The notes beneath the pieces were generated by a model. That model had not been told where the DNA came from, searched no databases, and saw only the letters and a program-made list of their open reading frames with translations. Source: Balanoglossus misakiensis (taxonomy: Eukaryota; Animalia; Hemichordata). Taken from it: a stretch of 64,000 bases of DNA. Shown here one piece after another: positions 42,424 to 55,761 of this stretch (the first letter of the stretch is position 1; every line of letters starts with the position of its first letter). Where the stretch lies: NCBI GenBank assembly GCA_040954595.2, contig CM082582.2, forward strand, positions 4,882,303 through 4,946,302, given 5' to 3'. The translations under genes and the position numbers were made by a program.

Positions 42424-42644
42424 CGGTGTAACATCAAGTTTGAGCTCCTTCTCAGAGTATAGCTTCGTTTCCCCAACCCTAGTTCTTCGACTTCGCTGTT
42501 CAGTTCACTTGTCGTGTGGCCTTACTCTAACCTGTCCAGTACAGTGCAGTGCAGTGTAGTGTACAACCAATGATAGAGCTTTATGTGATCTGACGTTCCT
42601 TAAAATGCTCTCATTCGCCCCTATTGTAGGGCCCTATTTATGTA
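42424..42644 (-). promoter_or_regulatory. TATA-like promoter and non-coding first exon of PPPTM precursor gene B
   Basis: Inverted homologue of 32341-32561. TACATAAATAGG starts at 42644; donor G|GTAAGT at 42424/42423. Confidence 0.75.
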
Positions 42645-43294
42645 CCACAACCGTGACCACTTTGATTTTTTGACAACTGGACTTTCAATATGGTACTTTT
42701 GATTGTAATTGGTTATTTGCCATGGCATCAACCGTATATTCGTAGCCATAACAATCATACCATTGTCATCATTCAATAAACAATGAGGACATTAGTAGAA
42801 TTATACTTCCATCTGTCAGATAAGTCACGCTATAAACAGTTTATGTATTTGTAAAATACAATTAATTGGCAAGTTCCTCCATTGAGAAATGTTGTTTTCT
42901 AGGAATTCGAGTTGTCGAGCCTTGATATTTATGTTTTCTGCTTGCAAACATGCACAGTCATTACTAGGAAATCATTTTTTGGCACACATGTAAACATATG
43001 ATAGTATGCACTTATGACCTTTTTGCACTGACGTTTTAATTGGTGAAATAAATCGACATATTATCGATGAAATACCACAGTCTTCTTCTTATCCTTAGCC
43101 ATCGGTACGAACGAAAACATTTTGAATTTTTGGAAATTCCTAATACCCATGTGCACATACGACGATTGGGTTTGTAACCGTTGCAATAGACGTATTTCAT
43201 TTGGAACAAATGAAATACGTCAAATGGGAATAAACGGATGTCGCACACTGCGAGACTTTATACGTGGCTAGCCAGTTAGTTTTGGAAGACATTT

Positions 43295-44284
43295 TGTCAC
43301 AAAGTGTCTATAGTGTTGTGTGTTGTCTTGTGTGTCCAGTGTTGTTTTTGTGTGGTGGTTAAAGGTTAGTTAGGAATTGCTGCACGTCTACTTGTCTGAG
43401 GTGGTTAGACCATAGACAGTAGAGGGGGGGGGACAGTCAGTTACACATCTTAGCATCGAACGGCTTTGACAAAATGAACTCTGCTATGACACACAACCAT
43501 TGGGAGTAACTGCACATGGAAATTCACCAGCCCTGGATTACATAATCTCTGCACTGACTTGGTCGTCATGAATAATTCGGAGGGGATAATTCGGAGAGAA
43601 AGTAAAACAATAGACAGTGGAGAACAGTGGACAATCATTCTGAATAAATTATTGTAGAAAAATATGAACAGCAATGCACCTGGAAGGTGGTATAAAAGGC
43701 TGCGTGCCCATTCTTGAGGGAGAGACTGACATGACAGCCAGCGGTAGCACTGAGGCACTGTGTGTGTAATCCTACCAGAATCTGACCTGCCAGGCCTGTT
43801 TGGCGAAACTACAACGGTGACGGAGTTTTCCACCAAGTGTGTACGAGACATCCTGTGCGGCCACGGATCGACCATCTTCTCGATGAAACTGGAAAGACTT
43901 ATCTATTCTGCGACCCATTTCCCGGAACATTGTCACTACTGAACTCACGGGTAGGGCAAACTTTCGATAACCACCTGTTAATGTCTTTTGTCATGTTTGT
44001 ACCGTTTCATGTCTTTGTGTTTGTGTTTTGTGTAATATTTCTTTACTGTGCATACGGTCCACTGGTATTTTGTCTATAGTGGCTGTCCCTGTACAATTTA
44101 TTGGATCCATCGATACAATTCTGCAAGTTGAATAAATAGTCTATGCATAAACGTAATAATGTTTCTGAGTTTTACGATTCCCGTAGTAAGGGGTCCCCAG
44201 CACAAAAGAACCCAGTCACATGGTCTGAAGGAAAAGCTACCTGGTACTGCCGCAGTATCATCCCTTGTATCATACCTTGTGACA
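43295..44284 (+). mobile_element. Solo LTR (990 bp)
   Basis: TGTCACAA...TTGTGACA termini with a perfect 5-bp target duplication CATTT (43290-43294 and 44285-44289). Internal TATAAAAG at ~43691 and AATAAA at 44131. Confidence 0.85.
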
Positions 44285-44916
44285 CATTTCAATGTGACAC
44301 AGGGAAAAAAAACATTATCCAACTATCCATTAACGCAAATCGCACCATCATAGTAACGGTGTCATTATAACGTGTTCAATATGGTACTTTTAGATTGAAA
44401 TCAGTTATTGCCATGGTATCAACTTCACTTTCTTAGCCATAAAAATCATACCGTTGTCATTATTCGATAAACAATGAGGATATTACTAGAATTGTAATTC
44501 CGTCTGTCTTTTTAGTAATATTATAATAATTGTATGTATATGTAAAGTAGGATTGGTTTGATTGATTCTCACCACTATGGAAGAGAAACAACGCTTGAAA
44601 TGACCAGGGAAGCTTAATTATTCTCGCTAATAAGCTACGGGGGCTTTAATAAGTATACAGCATCGGTGTGGTGTTGATGGTTTGGGCCTTTGCTCCCCCA
44701 AACAGTTCCCCCCCCTTCAAATACATAACCTATATAGTGCCTGGGTGAATGAGTACAGCATGTAAGTCTGGACGAAACCAAATCGGCACTGCTATAGGGA
44801 AGCACAGGGTGAAAAATGTGTAATTATGAGATCGAAAAAAAATGTCGTTTGTGTTGTGATTTCCTGGCTCTAATAAAATCGAGCAATCACACTTATTTCT
44901 TGTCGGCGTTTTGATA

Positions 44917-45130
44917 TTAAAGGGACAAAGTCTCTCTGTCGCTGCCCTGTTTCCATTAATTATGTTTGATACAAGACACTGTTTATATTATTCTACATGT
45001 GGATATATAGGGAATCAACGTTCGACCACACACAGCTTCCATCCCGTTTGTAGGATATGAGAGTAAAGCTCTCGCCAAAATGAATAAACGGTAGAGACCG
45101 ATTATTCTTTTTGGCGCGTTTTTCACTCTC
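44917..45130. mobile_element. Truncated copy of the 10764-11111 TTAA transposon
   Basis: TTAAAGGGACAAAGTCTCTCTGTCGCTGCCC...TACAAGACACTGTT...CACACA matches the left arm. Confidence 0.8.
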
Positions 45131-45783
45131 GTGTCATATGTAACACCAGAGCAAAGTCTGGATGGAGCGGAACTGGCACGCACCAGTTGCATACATAAAC
45201 GGAACAGGAAATCGGGCAAGTGACCGTGTCCACTGAACTTCTGGTCGTTCATGTTGTTGGGCGCCCTTGAAAATTAATCATATTAGTTTTGTGATAATGA
45301 GCATTGTTTACTTTTGTTTGGAATCCTATTACCTCTTTACAAACTAATTATTCCGGATTGGGAATAATTAGGGGAAGGTGAACTGATTTGAGATGACTTA
45401 GGTTACTACTGAATGCTTTCTCCTTTTTTGAAACTTTGACGATAAATGAAGCAGCGGACATGTTCTTTAGAACAGCGCGCGTTTGGTTATTAAAGTCCAA
45501 GTGTTTACGGCGTACTGTTAGAATAATGACTCTCACAGTGAAGATGGGTTTCGCTTTTTCAGCATTCGCGTTTAAATGGGTATAAGGAATGTGGGAATGT
45601 GCGTGTACCCGCTTCTTGTGAATTTCTATTTTAAAAGTTAATTTAATATTTCATTATAAATGTCATATAAAAGAGACAACAAATTGTTAAACCCAAGTAA
45701 TGCCATTAATTCGATAAGTTGGGAAGGTTGGCAGTTTTAGCGACAAGAAGGCGTTTTTGTGAGAAAGGATTTAAGTTTACAGC

Positions 45784-48700
45784 ATGCATCAAATCGCAAA
45801 GATGCCACAGGTTAGTACATTTCAGTTAATTATGATGAGCTGGCTCTTGAATTACCGACGTCAGTATCCAATTTTTTTTTAGCAAACACGCTTGAGGATT
45901 CTCGTACATAAATCCCAAGTTTTGTTTCAGACTGTGTTTTAGATTTTAGCATCACGGAGATCGTGTTGAACTGGTTCGTATCTTATTTGGGGGACGAGAC
46001 TAGTCGGCTAAGTCGTGTTGGAAGCACAATCTCTCTCAACTGTGTTGTACCTCAAGGATCCGTTTTACGACCTATTTCAATCTTTATACTGGCCTTACAA
46101 GTTAGACATTTTTTTCAAGCATAAATTAGATTGCACATCGCCTGTATATCATTTAATGATACTCTTTAATGATACATCTGGTTAGTCATCTACCTTAAAC
46201 GGGGGATTTTTTTTTCTTGCAGACACAAAATGGCGACTGGACGTCCACCTGTGGAATCGGCAGATTTCGGCCGCCGTGGCTCCAGCGTTTGGCAAACACA
46301 AAGAGCGTCCTGTTCTTGATTTCATTCGCCTGGGTCGTCATCGCCATGGCTTCGAGCATCACCACTGTCAGTATTTCCACCTTGCAAAAGCGCTACAACC
46401 TGTCCAGCACCACGATCGGAATCTTCACTTCTCTGAAGGACGTGGCCGACATCACCTCCATCGCCGCCTGCACTTACTACGGGGGCCGGGCGGGCAGCAA
46501 CAAGACCCGCTGGCTCGGCGGCGGGCTCTTCATCTTCGCCGCTGGACTGTTCGTCGCCGCGGCCACGCAGTTGGCCTCGGACAAATACGACTACCAAACG
46601 GCGCGCTTCGATGTCGACGACAACACCACCGATGTCCTGGAACTTTGCGACGGCGCTGCAGAATATCAAATTGGCTGTGACAACAAAAAAGTTGCAACGT
46701 CTTTCATCACACAAGGGTCTGAACCGGCCATCTTGATCATGGTGGCCTACATTCTCATGGGGCTTGGTAACACGCCACTGTTCACATTGGCCATAGCATA
46801 TATCGACGACAATGTCACCAAAGCAAAATTGCCAATGTATATGGGTAAGATCGCAAGGGATTTAATAAAAACACGGTAAACTAGATCAAAATAACGAGAG
46901 ATACGGTTATATGAATTTGGTCATATGCAAACGAGATAAAAATCGTCCCTGAGTTTGTATAAAAATTCCGGAATGTGGTGATTATTCAATTTTTTCGGAC
47001 GTTGATCCATCCTCTCCAACTATCATCAAAAGTGCAAAAACTTTTATCTTCAGGGATTTTTGGCAGCCCACTGAGCTATGGAAGTATTTGTACATCGCAG
47101 TACTTGCACAGGGCGTGTATTACTACTACATCAAGTTTAGATAATATGATTGTCTACTTTGAATGAATGAATGAATGAATGAATGAATGAATGAATGAAT
47201 GAATGAATGAATGAATGAATGAATGAATGAATGAATGAATGAATGAATGAATGAATGAATGAATGAATGAATGAATGATGGCACTGACGCGGAACCTTCT
47301 TTTTTTCTTTTTCCTTTTAGGCGTGGTGCAAGCGTCGTTCACTATCGGTCAAATAATTGGCATGCTACTAGCTGCATACTCATCAAAGATTTATGTCGAC
47401 TTTTATCGCGTTGACATTGACGCACTTGATTTGGACGAGAGAAATCCGCGGTGGGTCGGCGCTTGGTGGCTCGGGTACTTGCTGGTTTCGGTTCTGGCTT
47501 TGGCAGCTTCTTTACTGATCCTTCTTATGCCGTCGGAGATTCCGAAAGAGTCGAAACGTAAGGACCAGTTAATGATGACCAGTAAAGAGGATGAAGAAGG
47601 CAAAGAAAACAAGGCGGAAGATGTTGTCATTGACGTCCCTCGAAGATCTCTGTCACGCTTTAAAGGTAACGGGCACTTTCAATAACATCATCACATTCTG
47701 TTTATACAGGTTAACAGAATGGCGACTTACAATCAACATAGAATCGGCCATTTTCCGAACACCACGAGACCCTGCGAGATTTCGCGTGACAAGGTAATTT
47801 ATATTGGACGACATTCTTGTGACACATGACAAACAACACATGGACTAAACGGCACAAAAGTTAGACTTTTCGATAAACTCTGCACCTATTCTAGTTTCAT
47901 ATAAAGCTCGATTGTATTACTTGGCTACCAACCCGTTGCTCGGGTAATTGACCAAGTCTCGCGAGATCTCGCAATGAGCGCAAAATCATCTATTCAGGTC
48001 ACATAGCAGTCTCTCGTAATCCAGATACCTCTAACCATGCTAACCTGCTAAAGAGCGGTGTAGTATAACCAATGTCCACTCTGACAAGCGTACAAGTACA
48101 TATCTAATACTCAAGGCGGACTTGTGGAAATTGATCAGTATGAGAACAAAAACAATTGATTGACTACCAGTGTACTACTATACTTGGTCAATTGGGAGCA
48201 CAGTGTTCTTGACGCTCTTTTTTTTCACATGAACAGAGACACTACGGGCCATCACTCGACTGTTCACCAACGTACCGTTCATCAGCTTAGTCCTGGCCAG
48301 AGTGATGTACATGGCAATGTTTCAGGGTTCGATTTTCCTTCCGAAATACATAGAAGAACAATTCAGAACAACGGTAGCTTTTGCAAGTGCGTTTTTCGGT
48401 AAGTACGAAAGATTGTGCGAAAGAACGGGTTAATATATATGTTTACGTTAGGGGAAAAAAGAAAAAAAGTGAAGTATCAACGTGTTTGCTTCTTTGTGGC
48501 ACGTACATACATGTATATGTGTACAGGTGCCCAGACGGGCTGGTGACATGGACGTACGGCTATGCATGGTTACTAGTAACCGTGGGCTAGCTGTGTGAAG
48601 GTTCTAGTATTATATTCTAAACTGCTCGCAAACACCACCTGGTATTACGGCAGTGGTCAATATCACCCATGCATATGATACTATAGTTCTTACAATGACT

Positions 48701-51206
48701 ATACAAGCTAAGGACTATGGATATTTGAGTCCCCATTGGCATATTTCTCAGTGTCTGATGGAAAGAATCAAAATGATATCCAGGACCTCGAAATACCATT
48801 CTAGTTTTTGCTTCATTCAAGACATGTACATTATCTGCAAGCTGCATACTCTCCAAGGTTTGACAATGGACATTTTTTCTCGTACAGCTGTCACTATCTT
48901 TCCAACCGGAATCCTGGGATTTCTTGTCAGTGGGATTTTCTTACGTAGATGGAAACCCAGTCTCCCGCAATTGGCCACTTTTGCGCTGATCTCGACAGCA
49001 GCGATGGCGTGCGTTCCTCTTCTGGGGTTAAACATTGGATGCAACACAGAGAAGTTCGCCGGTGTCACAGAATCGTACGTGCAAAGGCAAGTTTCTGAAG
49101 TCTAATTGTGCCGTTTGAATATCTCATGGTCTATCCTTAATTCATGGTTTCAAATTTGAAAGTGATTTTGCGGTGGTCCTTTTGGTACTGAGAAGACCCC
49201 ATCTGCTTGCGATTGATTAATTATTATGTATTATGCGGTCATTTTTTTACCACCAGGGCGTTGGAGACCCCGGATGCACAAATGTTCAGTGGCGTGAAGT
49301 CTGCATGCAATTCCGATTGCGCATGCTCATCCACCTATGCGCCAGTTTGTGGTCCTGAGGACACCACCTATTATTCAGCTTGTCATGCTGGATGCAAGCT
49401 TCGTCAAGACGTTCAGGTAATTTGAAAACGATACACCATTTTCCGAACTCCTGCGAGATCTCGCGTGGCTATAGGCAGTTCATGTGGGAGAACATTCTCA
49501 AGTGACTCAAGACAAACGGCACATGGGCAAACGTTACAATGTAAACTCTGCACTTATTCTATATTCTGGACTTGTAATACTTCGCTAGCAACCCATTGCT
49601 ACGACAACTAACCAAGTCCCGCAAGATCTCGCTATGAGCGGAAATCATCTATATAAGTATGAAATTTGTCTTTTCTATCCGATGTAGATATTTGAGGCCT
49701 GAGAAAAATGGAAATACAGAAAAGACCAATACAAGTTTTGTATATGCTTATATACAGTGAATAATAATATGAGAGCACCACATGGCCTCTTGGCACCATT
49801 GGAATCATAACCCCACGTGTGTTTTGGAAGTTATCCAGGCCACGTGCTTCGAAATGTCATGTCCGCGCTGGTGGTTGCGTCCCATCCAATCAAAGTGTGA
49901 ATTTCTATTGGTCTGAGGCCAAGCAAAACTAGTTTTTGGTCTATTGAGTGTCTATTTTATGAAAACGATAACGTACAAATCTATCCTTTGAGCGAGTGCC
50001 TATTTCATCAAAGTGATGCCATGTTCCCTCGTCTTATCATCTCATTTTTTTCTGAAAGAACTTTACAGCCTGCGGATGTGTCAATGGGTTAAATCACACC
50101 GTTGAGGGCACTGTACGTACAGGGATGTGCGGCCAGCCTTGTCCAAACCAGTTAATGCTGTTTGGCTTGACGACCGCTTTGTTTGGATTCGTCTTTCCGT
50201 TCGTTGTCAATTCTGAGATGACTTTACTGTTGAGGTAAGTGGTTACAATTTACGGGATGCTGTGGTATTGGGACTAGGGTTTGGGCGACTTCCGTGTCAG
50301 TAATTTCTGTTTTAAATACACTGGACGCCGAGATTTATATAGGTCAAGAATTATGGCTCGTTCTAGTTTTCATCAGTTTCCAAGCGATTAGTGTTTACAC
50401 GATGAAGCTGGTTTAAGAATTGACTTAGGCCTATACGTAAAAGGACGGTGTCATTAAAATCCAAGAAGCTGCTTCCAAATTCCAAGAATGTAAACGCGGC
50501 GAATTTAACACGACCGACACTTGAGTGCCACGTGGCCATTTTCGAGAATGGCTCACCATACACATGATCTAGCAAATAATGTGAACGACTACGTACTTAG
50601 AAATAATACAATCGCCGTGTACAACTCAATATTCAAATCCCAAATATATATTTTACAGATGTGTGTTGCCGACTGATAAATCTTACGCACTTGGTATTCG
50701 TGTGATTGCTACGGAAGTGCTCGGTATGTATTACTTCAAAGCTCCACGAGCTGTAACTTTTTGCTGTGTTTTCAGCATTTCTGTTATATTTATATACTGA
50801 GGTTTATTTTACCCCAAGATGATCCCGTTGAAATTGTCATTGTTTTCCCTTATTTCTTTCTTGGACCTGGTAATTAGTTAACCTTGAATGATACTGATTA
50901 TTGGACCTGAATTGATGCCTTCTTATATCATTCTTAACGTTTTCTGTTACCTCATTAGCCACTCTGCCGTCGCCAATATACCTTGGGGCTCTCATCGACT
51001 CCGCGTGTATTTTATGGGGACGGACGAAGTGCAGCGAGCGAGGGGCCTGTCTGCTGTACGACCTTCTGGACTACAAGACAAAATTCTTTGCTCTCATGGT
51101 GGGTCTTTTGGCGGCGTCGCTAGCTCTGTTTTTCGTTGTGTGGCTGTCGATCTACAGGCAAGCCGGTCGCCGCTCCAAACGCGAGGAAAATGTTGAAAAA
51201 ACCTGA
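45784..51206 (+). CDS. SLCO/OATP organic anion transporter. Exons (45784-45810 tentative), 46223-46844, 47321-47665, 48237-48398, 48888-49086 (donor ambiguous), 49257-49416, 50059-50234, 50659-50723, 50959-51206
   Basis: CGIGRFRPPWLQ, ISTLQKRYNLSS, GLGNTPLFTLAIAYIDDNV, the OATP signature DERNPRWVGAWWLGY, FLPKYIEEQF, Kazal-like CNSDCACSSTYAPVCG..YYSACHAGC, and PIYLGALIDSACILW..C..RGACLLYD. Confidence 0.93.
45945..46095 (+). mobile_element. Decayed LINE reverse-transcriptase fragment in an SLCO intron
   Basis: FSITEIVLNWFVSYL...VVPQGSVLRPI resembles the non-LTR RT GVPQGSVLGP motif. Confidence 0.6.
47160..47277. repeat. (GAAT)n microsatellite
   Basis: Direct reading. Confidence 0.97.
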
Positions 51207-52171
51207 TAACTTTGTTTGAGTCATGGTCCGCTCTGATTACAATGGCCAAATTTGGATGATAGATTTTTATCCTTCTCCTCAACATCACACTAGTCTAAGA
51301 GAAGAAACTTGTTTCACTCGAGAAGGACGTTCACACGGCAGATAAATTTGTCAATACTGATCTGCTCACGCTTCTCTCGGCACAGTGCCAGACTCGAGCT
51401 CTGTTTACAAAACATCACCTATCATAAATTATTACAGCAGTCACCCTGCTCTGGGTTTTAAAGGAAATAACTCTTTTTTCAAAGTGAAAACACCCCAGAG
51501 AAATGGAATATTGAAATATTGCGACAAGATCACTTTTTGTAAGAGAGCGCCCTCTGTGGCAAGACTTACTCAGACAACAATTGTACAATATTATTATAAT
51601 TGTTTATTTCAGGCACACATAGGCCCATATAAAAAAATCAACATAAAGATACAGTGGAAAGGGGGGAAAATAAAAAAAAGTTAAAACATTGTATGATGGC
51701 GTTAGTAATTTCTCTTGTTGTGTACTGGTCAGTATTTCAGTCGGGGCCAATGATAAATCTATGTCCTTTGATATGGATTACGACGTCAGAATTCCTTCTC
51801 TCTTCCCCCAAACAATATGTATTTAAGTCAGTGTACCTAGCTACTATACCGAAATATCTGTTCGCCTAAAGTACAAACATTATTGCTAATATAAAAGGTA
51901 TTACTGTCACTAATAAACACCGTGAAATATTAATTCCTATACATTAACTCCATCATAACGTCGATGGTCAAGCTTGCTATAGAGACTTGAAAAGTATCTA
52001 TCAATTAGGTTCGAATTAGCAATTACATGTACCTAAGCACTAAAAAACGGTGATTGGTATAAGTATGGTTATATTTTGCTTCTAATGTTGACAGAAAATA
52101 TGTGAGCTAAAAAAATGTCAGTGCTGACATCGCCAGTAATTTTTATCTTGTCGGACGACGCAATTTCCTGA

Positions 52172-52494
52172 CTAGAAAGTGCTTGGCCCTGCCACTTGTT
52201 CGTTCTTCGTTGATATTGAATTTTTATTGCTGGTGTCCAGGCTCCCGTCAGTTGACCAATTGCTTGAATTCGGTGCTTTTGCCATCTGGTGTGCACGTCC
52301 GCGTTTTCGGATGAGTTGTCTCCCGTCTATTGCTCTTCGTACGCTTCTTTGAAGTGCCTATTGTTGATGCCGTACAGGAAGGGGTTCATGACGCCTCCAA
52401 TATGAAGCAAAGGGCACATCAAGATTATGGTCTCTGGTGGTGGTCTTTGGCCGTAGAGCTGGTGACAGTTGATCAGTATGACGGCCGACGAAAA
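52172..52494 (-). pseudogene. Class A GPCR terminal-exon remnant (TM7, helix 8 and tail)
   Basis: After a pyrimidine-rich TAG acceptor: FSSAVILINCHQLYGQRPPPETIILMCPLLHIGGVMNPFLYGINNRHFKEAYEEQ* (NPxxY...F). A shifted frame continues as a Ser/Thr-rich tail to 52172. No upstream TM exons were recognised. Confidence 0.6.
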
Positions 52495-54740
52495 CTATGA
52501 AGAAAAAGAGTTTGCAAACCAAGCTCACTCTGCACAAGTGGCGTGATGCTTGATATCAACTGTTTCTGTGTACACTTCCTCGTCGGCAAAGTGATTGCTG
52601 TAAGCTTTATGTGGACAAAGTACAACATCTACTGTCATGATTACGCATTTAAAGTAATGATTGTTTTTTCCGAACTACTCTGCTTTCATTCAGACTTGGT
52701 CTTTCACCGTTTTGATGGTGGATTGTCATTATTTTCAACATTCCTCTTTAAGCCGTCCGAGTTCTGACCGATGAACAAATACGTTAATAAACGCGTACCT
52801 GGAATAAAGAAGAATGTGATCAACAACTGTTTTGTGTATATAAGTCCACTGCTATTTGAAAAGGCAAAGTTCGTATTATAGGATTACTAGATAATATTTG
52901 AACATGCGACAAACGGTAGTGTAACTCATCTTGCTCTAATATCGATATGTAAATGAAGTAAATGTACTCTCATCAAAGTAGAGATATTTTATAAAGCTGA
53001 TTATCGGTTCCAAACAGCTAATAGCCTTGATGTTTAATAAAAAAAAACATCTTTCTTAAATCGTTTAGGTTTTCGACAGTTTTCCGCAGTACTATTTTCA
53101 TGAACTTCAACACAATAGCGCACTGGACCAGATTTGATCATTGAAGTCAAAGTTATGAATTCAATTAAATGTGCTGATTGTTGTTCACCTGCTGGAACCA
53201 CCTATAAAACACTGTCTATATGTATTGACCCATATGAGTTTTAGGAATCACTTAGAGCTGGAGTTATCACCCTTTATCACTCTGCAAATTCATTTAATAT
53301 CTCGTCCTCGCGGAGTATTGAAAGAGAATACGCTTTATTACTCTGATCTGAATTAATTTTCACTGCAGCCATCAAACAGTGTTTTATTTTTGGCAGACAA
53401 AATAATCGCATTAGAAGACTTGTCTGCGCTGAGGCACAACAACATATGTATCAAGTAGTTCAGTACAGCACGGGTGATCACCATCATACACGAAGAATGG
53501 AGATGTGAGATGTGTAATTCAACTGAATCTCTGACATGCTCGCAGCAATTATGATTAGGCCAAAATACACAAATATGTGCTGTTCCGATTACCTGACCAA
53601 CTCTAATTTTAACCCGCCGACCCTAAACTTTTTAGAGCTTCGTAAACCCGGAAGTAAAAATAACAAGAGAAAAAAAATCGCAGAGCAAGTCTAAGCTTTG
53701 CACTCAGGACTCGACTTAAACCCCGGTGCGGAAAGTCCTGGGGTTCGGATTAACGTGTGTTTGTATAGTTGTTTATTTGGGAGTGGTCGTCGTGCATAAT
53801 GACTGTGTAATTGCTCTCATGTACACAGAAAATAATTGAACACTTCACACTTCCACGCGATTGACAACTGTTTGAATGGCGTGGTTATTGTTTCCCAGGG
53901 ACGCTTCTGAAAAGCACTGAAACCAGATTTCTCCCAAACTCATCGTTGTTTCATAAGCTCGTGTACTTTTTCGTCGATAACTTTATGTTGTGTGTGTTTA
54001 TAAAGCCAACTACTGTCGTTGTGTGGTGTAATTCTTTATGCTTGGACCTGTTTGGGCCGAGTTTCATAGAGCCAAGATCGTTGGTGTTGTCTGTTGTCAG
54101 TCAAACGGCATTAAGATTCGCCACTGATTTGGGGGGTCTTTTATACCCCGCACCGGGGTTTAAACACTACTACACTTTGTATGTCCAATATCAGATTGGA
54201 TTACAGGGGGCTGCAAAGGCGGAGTTCCGATCTGCATTTTCCCCCAATAAACATTACTTGCTGAACAGTCTCTGTGCTTGTTATTTTTCCGTGTTACCCC
54301 TCCTGTCTTATCAGTTGCTAATCCCGAATACAAGCTATCGAATTTCCCATTAAGCACCTGCTAACGACTTAATCTGTGTGCCCCATCCACGGATTAAGTG
54401 GATAAAGTAAACATCGGTCAGTTCTCACTTGGTAAAAGAAGAGGGAAAAATATCAAGTATGGGGGTCACACAGGCACCATTAAGACGGTTCTGAAGCGTT
54501 GTAAGTGGTCTTGAAACGGCTCAGATTTGAGACGGCTTTGCTGGCCAGACCTGAGCCGGTGTACGGATAAACACCTCTCCACAACCCTATGGGACTTAGC
54601 CTCAGCGCCTATACATAAACTTTGTGTGTTACGTCCATGGTGGAAGCAAGCGACTCAAAGGATCAATGCTCTGTGTTTACCATAGGCAAATAGTGTCTCA
54701 AATTTTTCTCTGTCTGAACCTGGTAAAGCACATGTAGGAA

Positions 54741-54895
54741 TAGTCTCGCTTCCAGACCCTCGTCACTTCGCAAAGTGCGCCGCGGGCGGTAGGATATGAC
54801 GAGTCGCCACCAGAACCGCTCGTCCATCGCGACTCCCCATTTCCTACCGCCCGCGGCACACTTTGCGAAGTGACGAGGGTCTGGAAGCGATACTA
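54741..54895. mobile_element. GC-rich hairpin MITE with ~9-bp target duplication
   Basis: TAGTCTCGCTTCCAGACCCTCGTCACTTCGCAAAGTG... inverted over ~55 bp. Flanks ATGTAGGAA / ATGTAGGAC. Confidence 0.85.
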
Positions 54896-55248
54896 ATGTA
54901 GGACCAAATGACTGTTTATTAGAACCCAAAGACCAAATGCCTGGTACAACCCTTCCTTTGACCACGCCGCTGACACTTCCCCATGGGGAATTTTAATACA
55001 TGTACATGTACTATGTATATTCTGTACATATTGTGACAGCGTGATCAGGTGGAATGCAGATTTCAGAATGCACATACGCCTACTCTATGCTCTAGGTAAA
55101 AAGTGGTTCAATTATATGCCAGCACGGTACAGGGGTATATGCAAACACTGCAGGTCGTGACATTTGTTGTTGTTATGGACTCTTTCTGCGTACACGTCCT
55201 TGTCGGCGATGGCACATTGTTGTATTAAAAGTTTGTCTTGATCAGAGG

Positions 55249-55761
55249 TTAAAGGCACGTAAGCTGTAACTTTTGGGATAATTTTCATAATTTTTGTTTC
55301 ACACTGCACTACCATTAGTCCATGCAGATGAAGGCAGTGAACTATACACAAGCATTATAAACCCTAAATATGAGTGCATATGCAAGTTTTAACCAGATAA
55401 ATAATAAACCTTTGCCGCAAGCGATTATGGCCGCCACCGTGGGAAAATTCAAGAAACAATGAAAATGTTGCATTTCCGGTTGTGAAACTTCATAAACAAA
55501 ACATGATCTCATCCACTTGAGCTCATGGAAGTAAATGTACACCACTGAGACATCAGATTTTCATTTTTCATTGCAATATTGCACTTTTTTTTAAAATTGC
55601 AGGAATGTTCGTTTTTGTTTAATTTTTGGCCATTTTGTCATAAATAAGCGTTGAGCTTGATATATTATCATGAAATAGCATTTAATAGACATAATTAAAA
55701 GCATATATGAGATTATTTAAAACTTTAATTTTTTATCCAGTTGCAGCTTACGTGCCTTTAA
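55249..55761. mobile_element. TTAA-flanked non-autonomous DNA transposon
   Basis: TTAA-AGGCACGTAAGCTGTAACT ... AGTTGCAGCTTACGTGCCT-TTAA. Confidence 0.8.

Noticed and set aside
49074-49092. Possible GC-AG intron in SLCO (AG|GCAAGT)
   Set aside because: An in-phase GT donor (TC|GTACGT) lies 12 nt upstream; cannot be decided without reads.
53700-54475. Possible second solo LTR ending ...GGGGGTCACACA
   Set aside because: No convincing 5' terminus or target duplication found.
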